20,000 bases of DNA, from the NCBI GenBank assembly GCA_020348925.1, contig CP070758.1:5017918-5037917 (forward strand). Reading direction: 5' to 3'. The position numbers were made by a program, and so were the translations under genes. Below, one piece after another: positions 8,998 through 16,896 of the stretch. Position 1 is the first letter of the stretch, and each line of letters starts with the position of its first letter. The notes under the pieces are model-generated. The model was not told where the DNA came from. It was given only the letters and a program-made list of their open reading frames with translations, and searched no databases. Source of the stretch: Gemmatimonadota bacterium. GTDB lineage: Bacteria > JBHIER01 > G020348925.

Positions 8998-11280
8998 ATG
9001 AAGCCGTGGAAAATTCTTTCGTGCGCATTGATTGTGGGGGGAATTCCGGTTTTCTTCCTGGTGTCTTTCGTGGATATTTCCCATGCTCATGATTCGGGTA
9101 CTGTGGTTCTGAACGCCGAGACCAAACATCTTGTTCGCGATCCCCTCTTGGCCTCGACGTTCCTGGGAGGCAGCGGCAGCGACGGCCATTATGAAGTGCC
9201 GATGGTCCTGGACGATGCGGGTAACGTCTACGTTGCCAGTCGAACCAATTCGACGGATTTCCCTGTAACACCAGGTGTATACGATGAAACACATAATGGC
9301 GGATATGACGTTTTTGTTGCGAAGCTCAGCAGCGATCTGTCAACTCTCCTGGCGTGTACGTTTCTCGGCGGTGGTGGGGAGGACGGAGGGTGGCCCGGAC
9401 TGGCCTTGGCACTTGATGAGGACGGACATGTGTTCGTTGCGGGAATCACAACTTCCGCGGATTTTCCGACGACGGCCGGTGCCTTTGACCTGGACTCCAA
9501 CGGCGGGGCCGACTTATTTGTGGCAAAGTTCGACGCTGATCTCAGGAACCTTCTTGCTTCGACGTTCCTTGGGGGAAGCGGCAACGATGATTATATTCAA
9601 ATGACTGTGGATGAAGAGGGAAATCCATATCTCACGGGAGCGACGACTTCCAATGATTTTCCGACGACACCAGGGAGTTACGATGAAACGTACAATCCCG
9701 GAGGGGCCCGGGGGTATAATGTTTATGTTTCACGGTTCGACAGCGATCTGGAACATCTTGTTGCCTCAACCTTCCTCAGCGGCAGTGGTGACGACGTACC
9801 GGAAGTCATCCTCATAGATGGGCAGGGCAATGTTTTTATCACCGGCTGGGCGGCATCGACAAATTTCCCAACGACAGAGAATGCGTATGACAGAACCTAT
9901 AACGGCCATTACTATGATGTTTTTGTGTCAAAGTTCAACAACGATCTCTCGACACTATCTGCCTCAACGTATATCGGCGGAAACAGCTGGGAATTTGGGT
10001 ATGGCATGACTTTGGATCCCGATGGCAATGTATATGTAACAGGCCATGTCGCATCCTCGAATTTTCCGACCACTTCAGATGCCTTTGATGAGACATACAA
10101 TGGGACCGGCGGTGCAGGCGAGGGAGATGATCTCTTCGTATCGAAGTTTGATAACGATCTGACAACGCTCTTGGCCTCCACTTTTTTGGGGGGAAGTAAC
10201 TGGGAGAACGGACAGGCCCTTAAAGTGGATCACAGAGGGTACATCTGTGTCGCTGGTGCTGCAAGTTCACCAGATATTCCAATCTCAACATGCAGCTATG
10301 ATGCGACGTTCAACGGCGGTTCTCGCAATCAGGGTGATGTTATCATATCAATATTTGACAGTAATCTCGAACTGCTCACTTTTTCGACCTATCTCGGGGG
10401 CAGCAGCAACGATAATATAGGCGCCTTAGTTTTCGACGATAACGCACATCTCTATATATCAGGGAGCACCGGCTCATCAGACTTTCCGACTACGGTTGGT
10501 GCCTATGACGAAAGCTATAACGGTGGTACGTTCCAGTGGGGAGGTGATGTCACACTTTCGATCGTCTCAAACGGTTACTGGACGGACTCCGATGAGGATG
10601 GCGCTCTCGATGCATGTGACAATTGTCCGGATATCTTCAATGCGGATCAGGCGGATGCGGACGGTGATGGCAACGGTGATGTGTGCGATATGTGTCCGGG
10701 CTCGGATGATTTTTCGGACGTTGACGGGGATAATCTTCCGGATGGCTGTGACGAGTGTACCGATACGGACGGAGACGGCTTTGGTGATCCAGGCTATCCT
10801 GCAAACACCTGTGAGGAAGATAAATGCCCGCATCTTTACAGTTTGGCTCAGGAGGATGCGGATGATGACGGTCGGGGTGATATCTGCGATAATTGCCCGG
10901 ATGTCGCCAACCCCGACCAGCATGATGGTGATGATGATGGATTCGGTGATGCGTGCGATTCGTGCACGGACACCGATGGTGACGGATACGGTGACCCGGG
11001 CTATCCGGCAAATGCATGCCAAGAGGACAATTGTCCCAACGTCTACAATCCGGATCAGACCGAAATTGACAGAGGTGATGTGGACTGTAATGGCGGAATC
11101 GATGTGCTCGATGTGTTGGCCGTGGTGAACCACATTTTAGCCTCGGCCCCCCTTGTTGGTGGACCACTCGATCGGGCCGACTGCAACGGTGACGGTGGTG
11201 TGAATATTCTTGATGCCCTCGGCATCATCAACGATATCTTGGGTTTGGCAGAGTGCGAACCAACCGTTCTTCGGCCATAG
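8998..11280 (+). CDS. Secreted SBBP-repeat 7-bladed beta-propeller + TSP3 repeats + C-terminal dockerin-like module (no T9SS CTD)
   Basis: The ATG at 8998 follows GAGAGGAGG and is preferred over 8953. It has a hydrophobic signal peptide, seven LLASTFLGGSxxD...GxTxSxDFPTT repeats, multiple DxDGDGxGDxCDNCP repeats and RGDVDCNGGIDVLDVL...[15 protein letters not shown]. Confidence 0.88.
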   Translation: MKPWKILSCALIVGGIPVFFLVSFVDISHAHDSGTVVLNAETKHLVRDPLLASTFLGGSGSDGHYEVPMVLDDAGNVYVASRTNSTDFPVTPGVYDETHNGGYDVFVAKLSSDLSTLLACTFLGGGGEDGGWPGLALALDEDGHVFVAGITTSADFPTTAGAFDLDSNGGADLFVAKFDADLRNLLASTFLGGSGNDDYIQMTVDEEGNPYLTGATTSNDFPTTPGSYDETYNPGGARGYNVYVSRFDSDLEHLVASTFLSGSGDDVPEVILIDGQGNVFITGWAASTNFPTTENAYDRTYNGHYYDVFVSKFNNDLSTLSASTYIGGNSWEFGYGMTLDPDGNVYVTGHVASSNFPTTSDAFDETYNGTGGAGEGDDLFVSKFDNDLTTLLASTFLGGSNWENGQALKVDHRGYICVAGAASSPDIPISTCSYDATFNGGSRNQGDVIISIFDSNLELLTFSTYLGGSSNDNIGALVFDDNAHLYISGSTGSSDFPTTVGAYDESYNGGTFQWGGDVTLSIVSNGYWTDSDEDGALDACDNCPDIFNADQADADGDGNGDVCDMCPGSDDFSDVDGDNLPDGCDECTDTDGDGFGDPGYPANTCEEDKCPHLYSLAQEDADDDGRGDICDNCPDVANPDQHDGDDDGFGDACDSCTDTDGDGYGDPGYPANACQEDNCPNVYNPDQTEIDRGDVDCNGGIDVLDVLAVVNHILASAPLVGGPLDRADCNGDGGVNILDALGIINDILGLAECEPTVLRP

Positions 11281-11364
11281 TTGTCTTCTGAATAAACATC
11301 GTCCCGAACACTTTTGTTCAGAAATAAGGGTGCGGTGAGCTGAATTTAAAAATACTTCGAGGAA

Positions 11365-12564
11365 ATGGAAACGATGACCCCTTCGATCAGGTGCATTGCG
11401 AAGGCTTCTCGCATGTTCGTTCTTCTTTTACTAACCTTCTTTGCTTTTACTCAAATTGATACTCAGAATGTTTCTTGCAGTGAACGTGATGGATCTGTTC
11501 ATCCCAGAGTCGCATTTGTATCAGAGATTGAGAGCACTTCCGTCGTCCCCGAGAGTATTCCCTCAATTGAAGACATCTCGAAGTTCTCGGATTCACCTAT
11601 CACAGTTCTTACCCCAGAGGCTTTGGATGCCTTTATCCTTCAGATCATGGAGACTCATCATATTCCGGGTGTATCCGCTTTGGTTGTTTACGATGGTCGC
11701 GTTGCCTGGTCGGGTGCATATGGATTTGCCAATGTCACGTCGAATATCCAAACATCGGATTCGACGGTCTTCATGCTGGCCTCGGTTTCAAAAACAGTCA
11801 CCGGCGCCGCGCTCCTGCAACTGTGGGAGGAGGGAATGTTCGAATTGGACGATGATGTCAATGACTATCTGCCCTTCACGGTGGTCAATCCCAATCATCC
11901 GGATGATGCCATAACCTTTCGAATGCTCTTGGCTCATACCTCAAGTCTCCGTGATAACTGGGATGTGATGTTTTCCACGTATGTTCGCGGCGACACTCCG
12001 ATACCCTTGGATGAATATGTCCGGGATTATTTTGTTCCGGGAGGTGTGTATTATGATGCCAGTGAAAATTTCAATATCTGGGCTCCAGGAACGAAATGGC
12101 AATATTGCAATCATGGATTTGTGTTGGCAGGGTATCTTGTTGAGGCCATCACAGGTATTCCTTTTGAAGAGTACTGTCAGGATTCCCTTTTCAGTCCTCT
12201 TGGTATGAATGAGACATCTTGGTTTTTAGAGGGTTTGGATAGAAACACGGTTGCCATGCCCTATCACTATACCCACAATCAGTTCGTACCATATGGACAC
12301 TTTGGATATGCCGACTATCCGGCCGGAGCACTCAGGTCGAGTACCGTGCAACTTGCCCGTTTTCTTGTCGCCCTCTTGCACAAGGGCCGGATCGATGGTG
12401 CCAAAATTCTTGACAGCACCACAGTCGAGTTGATGACGACGATCCAGTATCCAACCCTGTATCCCACCCAAGGGCTGATTTGGTTTCAACGAACTCTCGG
12501 GGAGAAAGTACTGTGGAACCACGGCGGTGGTGACCAGGGAGTCAGTACCATTATAGCCTTCTGA
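11365..12564 (+). CDS. Serine hydrolase, beta-lactamase class C/D-peptidase-like (S12) family; ends at an in-frame TGA before the domain is complete
   Basis: It has a hydrophobic N-terminus, HIPG, SxxK (ASVSK), LLAHTSS, YxN (YCN), PLGM and HGG motifs. The family's final strand (GVIVLTN) lies after the TGA at 12562-12564. Confidence 0.85.
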   Translation: METMTPSIRCIAKASRMFVLLLLTFFAFTQIDTQNVSCSERDGSVHPRVAFVSEIESTSVVPESIPSIEDISKFSDSPITVLTPEALDAFILQIMETHHIPGVSALVVYDGRVAWSGAYGFANVTSNIQTSDSTVFMLASVSKTVTGAALLQLWEEGMFELDDDVNDYLPFTVVNPNHPDDAITFRMLLAHTSSLRDNWDVMFSTYVRGDTPIPLDEYVRDYFVPGGVYYDASENFNIWAPGTKWQYCNHGFVLAGYLVEAITGIPFEEYCQDSLFSPLGMNETSWFLEGLDRNTVAMPYHYTHNQFVPYGHFGYADYPAGALRSSTVQLARFLVALLHKGRIDGAKILDSTTVELMTTIQYPTLYPTQGLIWFQRTLGEKVLWNHGGGDQGVSTIIAF

Positions 12565-13149
12565 CCTGCTGAACAATCAGGTGTCATCGTTCTCACGAAC
12601 GGGGAATCGTCTGGCGGTACCAATACGATTATGCTCAAACTCTTCGAATTTGCGAGCGATGCTGATGGAGACGGAGTTATTGATGGCAAAGACAATTGTC
12701 TCTATGAGGTGAACGTTGATCAAGAAGATGGTGACGGCGATAGTACGGGTGATGTATGCGATAACTGCCCTCATTTTTACAACCCGGATCAGGATGACAG
12801 TGACGGTGATACCATCGGGGATGCGTGTGATGCCTGTACGGACACCGATGGCGACGGATACGGTGATCCCGGTTATCCAAGCAGTACGTGTGATGGGGAC
12901 AATTGTCCTATAGTGTCCAATCCAGATCAAGCCCCTGTGGACAGAGGGGATGTGGATTGTCGCGGCGGAATTGATGTGCTCGACGTGCTGGCCGTGGCAC
13001 GTCACATCGTATCCTCGCCCCCTCTCGCTGGAGAACCGTTCCATCGGGCGGACTGCAACGACGATGGACATGTGGATATTCTTGATGCCCTCGGTATGAT
13101 TAATGTGATTTTGGGCTTGAGTCACTGCGAACCCACGACTCTTCATTAA
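12565..13149 (+). CDS. In-frame continuation of the serine hydrolase gene: end of hydrolase domain + TSP3 repeats + dockerin-like module (ORF caller starts it at 12631)
   Basis: Same frame as 11365 with no other stop: *PAEQSGVIVLTNGESSGG...[14 protein letters not shown]...RGDVDCRGGIDVLDVL...ADCNDDGHVDILDAL. It is closely paralogous to the tails of the 2424 and 8998 genes. Confidence 0.8.
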   Translation, partial: PAEQSGVIVLTNGESSGGTNTIMLKLFEFASDADGDGVIDGKDNCLYEVNVDQEDGDGDSTGDVCDNCPHFYNPDQDDSDGDTIGDACDACTDTDGDGYGDPGYPSSTCDGDNCPIVSNPDQAPVDRGDVDCRGGIDVLDVLAVARHIVSSPPLAGEPFHRADCNDDGHVDILDALGMINVILGLSHCEPTTLH

Positions 13150-13206
13150 GACGGAATATCCGAGTTCGTAAAAAAATCAACTGTGAAAAAAATCTCCCGA
13201 CTTTTT

Positions 13207-13395
13207 TCACATCTTTCAGTGATCGTACAGGATATGTATCCTCCACGGGGGAATGGACGGTGATGTATGTCTCTGGAGCAAAATTCGTTCGGTGGTATAT
13301 ACCGGACGATCAAGTTATGGACACAGCCGTTGAACGAAACGGATCTGTCCCCAGTTTGCATCTCGCGGCTCCGTCGCCGTAAGCGAAAGATGTGA
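13207..13395. ncRNA. Candidate structured ncRNA (6S-like rod) or MITE-like element
   Basis: A perfect 11-bp terminal inverted repeat TCACATCTTTC/GAAAGATGTGA bounds 189 nt. There is a central hairpin at 13285-13309 and several further stems. No family was confirmed. Confidence 0.3.
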
Positions 13396-13396
13396 C

Positions 13397-13425
13397 TTGA
13401 CACGTTGGATTGAAGTATGTAATTT
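13397..13425 (+). promoter_or_regulatory. Putative sigma70 promoter
   Basis: TTGACA-17 nt-TAATTT lies about 70 nt upstream of the ATG at 13496. Confidence 0.5.
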
Positions 13426-13495
13426 AGGTATCCTGAGGTTTGAGCAGGTGGACTTTTTCAGGTTGAGTGTTTCAAGAAAGAGAGAGGGCTGGCAG

Positions 13496-15634
13496 ATGGC
13501 TTTCAAGAAACAGGCAAATATAGTCTTCAGCATTATTGTATTACTGGCTGTGATATCTCTTTTTTCAATCCATGCTTACTCCCTCAATTTTACCCAGGAT
13601 GACGCCTTTATCATATATCGGTACGCAAAAAATTTTGCGAATGGACACGGTCTTGTCTTTAATATTGGTGAAAGAGTCGAAGGATATACCTCCTTTTCAT
13701 GGACGCTGCTGATGGCTGTGGCGATTCGACTGGGTTTCGACCCCGTTGCGGTCTCAAAAATCTTGGGATTTCTTCTGAGTGTCGGTTCGATTCTGGTGTT
13801 GTTTCTCATATCCAATCTCATCTCCAAGGGCCGGAATTTCGTTTTCAATGTTCTGGCATGTCTCATGATCGCAGCCAATGGCTCATTTGCCATGTGGACC
13901 ATGAGCGGTATGGAGACGCCACTGTTCGTTTTTCTAATCTTGTGTGCAATCTACAGCTATGTCCTCGAACACTACAGGGATCGATACGAACTGCTGACAC
14001 CTGTCCTTTTTTCTCTGGTCTCACTCACACGGCCGGAGGGTGTCTTTCTTTTCGCTCTGACATTTGTCCATAGGCTGTACTCCTCTCTTGTCAAGAAACG
14101 GTTCCGTCTCAGCAATCACATTCAATGGCTTGGTGTGTTCTTCATACTTTTGTTCCCTTTTTTCCTGTGGAGACTGAGTTACTACGGATATCCTCTGCCC
14201 AACACATTTTACGCGAAAAGCGGCATGTCGTGGATCTACGTGCAAATGGGGTTTGAATACACGGCCACCTTTCTCCGGCAATATGCCCTGTGGGGAGTAG
14301 CCCTTGTTGGCCCTTTGGTGATACTCTTCTTCCGCAAGGATCGGTTTTGGTACGGATATTTCTCAATGCTCATTCTGTCGTTCCTCCTCTATGTGACGCT
14401 CATCGGTGGTGATGTTTTGTTGGAAAACAGATTTTATATCCCTGTATTGTTTCTTATGTATGTCTTCGTTCAGGAATCTCTCTATGACGCATATATTTTC
14501 TTTGGGAAGAGGAAGAAGGTCAGGAAAACCGCCCTCAAATCCGCTGTTGCATTCGGTATTTTTTTCAGTGCTGTCCTGTATTCGGGGTGGACGTATTACT
14601 ATCCTTTGAATTCAATCCGCACGTCGAAACATCTTATGGAGGAAGTGGTCGAAAAATTTAATAAAATTGCAGAGTGGGTCCATTCTCAGGGGAAGAAGGA
14701 TGCATCACTGGCAACAACAGGGGTGGGAGCTGTCTCATATTTTTCTGATATTCGAGTTATCGATATGTACGGAATGACTGACGCGTACATAGCGCATTAT
14801 CCTCAAAAAATTGAGGGATTGACAAGCACAACGAAAGAACAGAAGTATAATATCTCATATGTCTTATCGAGAAAGCCAACATATATTCATTTTATAACCA
14901 ATTTAAAACCGTCGGCCTTGGCGGAGAAGGCGTTGTTCACTTCTGCCGAGTTTCGTCAGGGATATTATCCGTATTGGATAGACGAAAACCACATTATCTA
15001 TATCAGAAAGGAGACGTATACACCCAAACCGAAGGAGTTTACGACGTACACAGCGGTAGAATTTATTGACGAATATTGCCGGGGTTTGAATAACAAGGAT
15101 GCGAATCCGCTCAAAGCGGTTGAACACTTTCAAAATGCAATTGACCTGGGCCCGCGGGATTTCTCCCGTCCTTATGAGCAAGCGGGTATCTGTTACGTAA
15201 ATTATCTTTCGGATCATGATAAAGCTATTGAATACTGCACAAGGGCCGTCGAGATCGATGATTATTGCGCTCTTGCTCATGCCGCGGTGGGTGCCATATC
15301 GATTTTGAGAGGTGATGTCACTAGTGCTCAAGCAGAACTTCAAAAAGCGATTTCCCTCTGGCCCAATTACAGCTCGGCCCATTACTATTTTGGCAAGACG
15401 CTTGTTGCGATGCAAAAATTTGACGAGGCCGTTCAAGAATTTCACACATCGATTCGGCTGGACAAAACCTACTTTTTACCATACATGGATTTGGGACTTT
15501 TATATTCTGACCATCTCAATCGGCCCGAAACGGCGTTGAAATACCTTGATTTTTTTCTGAAAGTGTTCCCGGAAGGAAACGAGACAAAATTGGTGCGGGA
15601 AAAGATCAATGAGATAAGGAGTGTTGGAATGTGA
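13496..15634 (+). CDS. Polytopic membrane GT-C-type glycosyltransferase-like protein with C-terminal TPR repeats
   Basis: The ATG at 13496 follows a purine-rich AGAGAGAGGG tract. Motifs include QDDAFIIYRYAKNFANGHGLVFNIGERVEGYTS, SGMETPL, LTRPEG, YYGYPLPNTFYAK, GGD...RF and IDMYGMTD, with many TM segments. TPR-like helices make up the last ~170 aa. Confidence 0.8.
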   Translation: MAFKKQANIVFSIIVLLAVISLFSIHAYSLNFTQDDAFIIYRYAKNFANGHGLVFNIGERVEGYTSFSWTLLMAVAIRLGFDPVAVSKILGFLLSVGSILVLFLISNLISKGRNFVFNVLACLMIAANGSFAMWTMSGMETPLFVFLILCAIYSYVLEHYRDRYELLTPVLFSLVSLTRPEGVFLFALTFVHRLYSSLVKKRFRLSNHIQWLGVFFILLFPFFLWRLSYYGYPLPNTFYAKSGMSWIYVQMGFEYTATFLRQYALWGVALVGPLVILFFRKDRFWYGYFSMLILSFLLYVTLIGGDVLLENRFYIPVLFLMYVFVQESLYDAYIFFGKRKKVRKTALKSAVAFGIFFSAVLYSGWTYYYPLNSIRTSKHLMEEVVEKFNKIAEWVHSQGKKDASLATTGVGAVSYFSDIRVIDMYGMTDAYIAHYPQKIEGLTSTTKEQKYNISYVLSRKPTYIHFITNLKPSALAEKALFTSAEFRQGYYPYWIDENHIIYIRKETYTPKPKEFTTYTAVEFIDEYCRGLNNKDANPLKAVEHFQNAIDLGPRDFSRPYEQAGICYVNYLSDHDKAIEYCTRAVEIDDYCALAHAAVGAISILRGDVTSAQAELQKAISLWPNYSSAHYYFGKTLVAMQKFDEAVQEFHTSIRLDKTYFLPYMDLGLLYSDHLNRPETALKYLDFFLKVFPEGNETKLVREKINEIRSVGM

Positions 15635-15681
15635 TCGAGAAGGAGTATGCTGAAACCTTATGACAGGGAAAGGAATCAATT

Positions 15682-16380
15682 ATGAGGCGGATCGGTATTG
15701 TGGGAGGATTGAGCCCTGAATCGACCCTCGATTATTATCGTACTTTAGTTTCCCTCAATCGTGAGCGTGGATTTGGGCACAGCTATCCCGTGATCATAAT
15801 TTACAGTGTGAGCTTTCAGGAGTGCGTCGATCTCATGAATGGAGTTGATTGGAGCGGGATGGCAGCAATCATGAATCAGGCCGTTTCTGCTCTGCACGGT
15901 GCAGGGGCCGATTTTGGCCTCATTTCAGCCAACACGCCCCACATGGTCTTCGATGAGGTGGCGGCCAAGGCCCCGATTCCCCTGCTGAGTATTGTCGAGG
16001 CGACGGGCACAGCCTGTCAGCGTCTGGGCCTGAAAAAAATTGGGCTGTTTGGCACGAGGATTACGATGCAGGCGGACTTCTATCCGAAAATATTCGAAGA
16101 AAAATTTGGGCTCGCAGTTGTGATGCCGGGAAAAGATGAGCCGGATTTTATTCACGACAGTATCGCCAAGGAATTGATCGAAGGTCAGATTCGAGCTGAG
16201 ACGAGGGAGAGGTTGGTGAGGATCGCGGAGGAGATGGTCGAGAAGGACGGGATTGAAGGTTTGATTTTGGGATGTACGGAGCTGCCTCTGATCCTTTCCG
16301 AGAAAGATTTTACTCTCCCTGTTCTTGACACCACACGAATCCACGTCGAGGCCGCTTTCGAATACGCGCTTGCTGAGTAG
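15682..16380 (+). CDS. Aspartate/glutamate racemase family protein (YgeA/RacX-like amino acid racemase)
   Basis: Motifs IGIVGGLSPESTLDYY, SANTPH, IGLFGTRITM, ILGCTELPL and DTTRIH, with RBS AAGGA. Confidence 0.9.
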   Translation: MRRIGIVGGLSPESTLDYYRTLVSLNRERGFGHSYPVIIIYSVSFQECVDLMNGVDWSGMAAIMNQAVSALHGAGADFGLISANTPHMVFDEVAAKAPIPLLSIVEATGTACQRLGLKKIGLFGTRITMQADFYPKIFEEKFGLAVVMPGKDEPDFIHDSIAKELIEGQIRAETRERLVRIAEEMVEKDGIEGLILGCTELPLILSEKDFTLPVLDTTRIHVEAAFEYALAE

Positions 16381-16466
16381 ACTTCTTCATTCTGATTTTC
16401 GTATTTTGTGTCATTTTGCAGTTCCCTGCATTCGGGGGGACGGGTGTTGTGGTTCTTTAAGAGATT

Positions 16467-16895
16467 ATGGACGTCGAGTATAAAATCGCCGATACGACCG
16501 AAGAACTGATTGATCTCTTGATGCTGCGAGTTGAAGTTTTTGTAGTCGAGCAGAACGGACCTCCTGATGAAGAGCCGGACGTGTATGACAAGGAATCGAC
16601 GTTCATCGTTGCCAAAGACGATCATAACATCGTAGGCACGGCACGGTTTCGTTGGGTTAGAGATGAAATCAAGATTGAGCGGATTGCAGTGAAAAAGAAA
16701 TACCGTGGAAGGGGTATCGGTAAAGAATTGGTGCGACAAGCTCTCCGCTATATAGAGGAGAAACACCCGAAGGGTGTTTACCTTCATGCCCAAACGGTGG
16801 CCGAGGAATTTTACCGCAAACTGGGATTTGAGTCGGTGGGAGAGAGGTTCATGGAGGCGGGTATCGAGCATATCAAAATGATCAGAAAGGTGTGA
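16467..16895 (+). CDS. GNAT N-acetyltransferase (ElaA/YjcF-like)
   Basis: Motifs LRVEVFVVEQ, VGTAR, KIERIAV, acetyl-CoA motif RGRGIG, LHAQ, FYRKLGF and EAGIEHIKM. Confidence 0.92.
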   Translation: MDVEYKIADTTEELIDLLMLRVEVFVVEQNGPPDEEPDVYDKESTFIVAKDDHNIVGTARFRWVRDEIKIERIAVKKKYRGRGIGKELVRQALRYIEEKHPKGVYLHAQTVAEEFYRKLGFESVGERFMEAGIEHIKMIRKV

Positions 16896-16896
16896 G

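Noticed and set aside
11286-11323. 11-bp AT-rich hairpin after the SBBP gene as an intrinsic terminator
   Set aside because: The stem is weak, the loop is 16 nt and there is no U-tract on the + strand. It may be an mRNA stability element, but this cannot be supported from sequence alone.
12562-12564. Genome-wide UGA reassignment (genetic code 4 or 25)
   Set aside because: Five other genes end at TGA, including two exactly at the canonical CTD end (LLMK*, ILMK*), and no other gene has an internal TGA.
4660-13130. Diversity-generating retroelement template/variable repeats among the similar tails
   Set aside because: No reverse transcriptase is present, the differences are not adenine-specific, and all copies lie within coding paralogous domains.
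100-13146. Long minus-strand ORFs (100-1074, 2265-3281, 4494-5285, 10567-11133, 12577-13146 and others)
   Set aside because: These are antisense shadows of well-supported + strand genes. Their Ile/Val/Thr/His-rich repeats mirror Asp/Gly codons, and they show no independent motifs.
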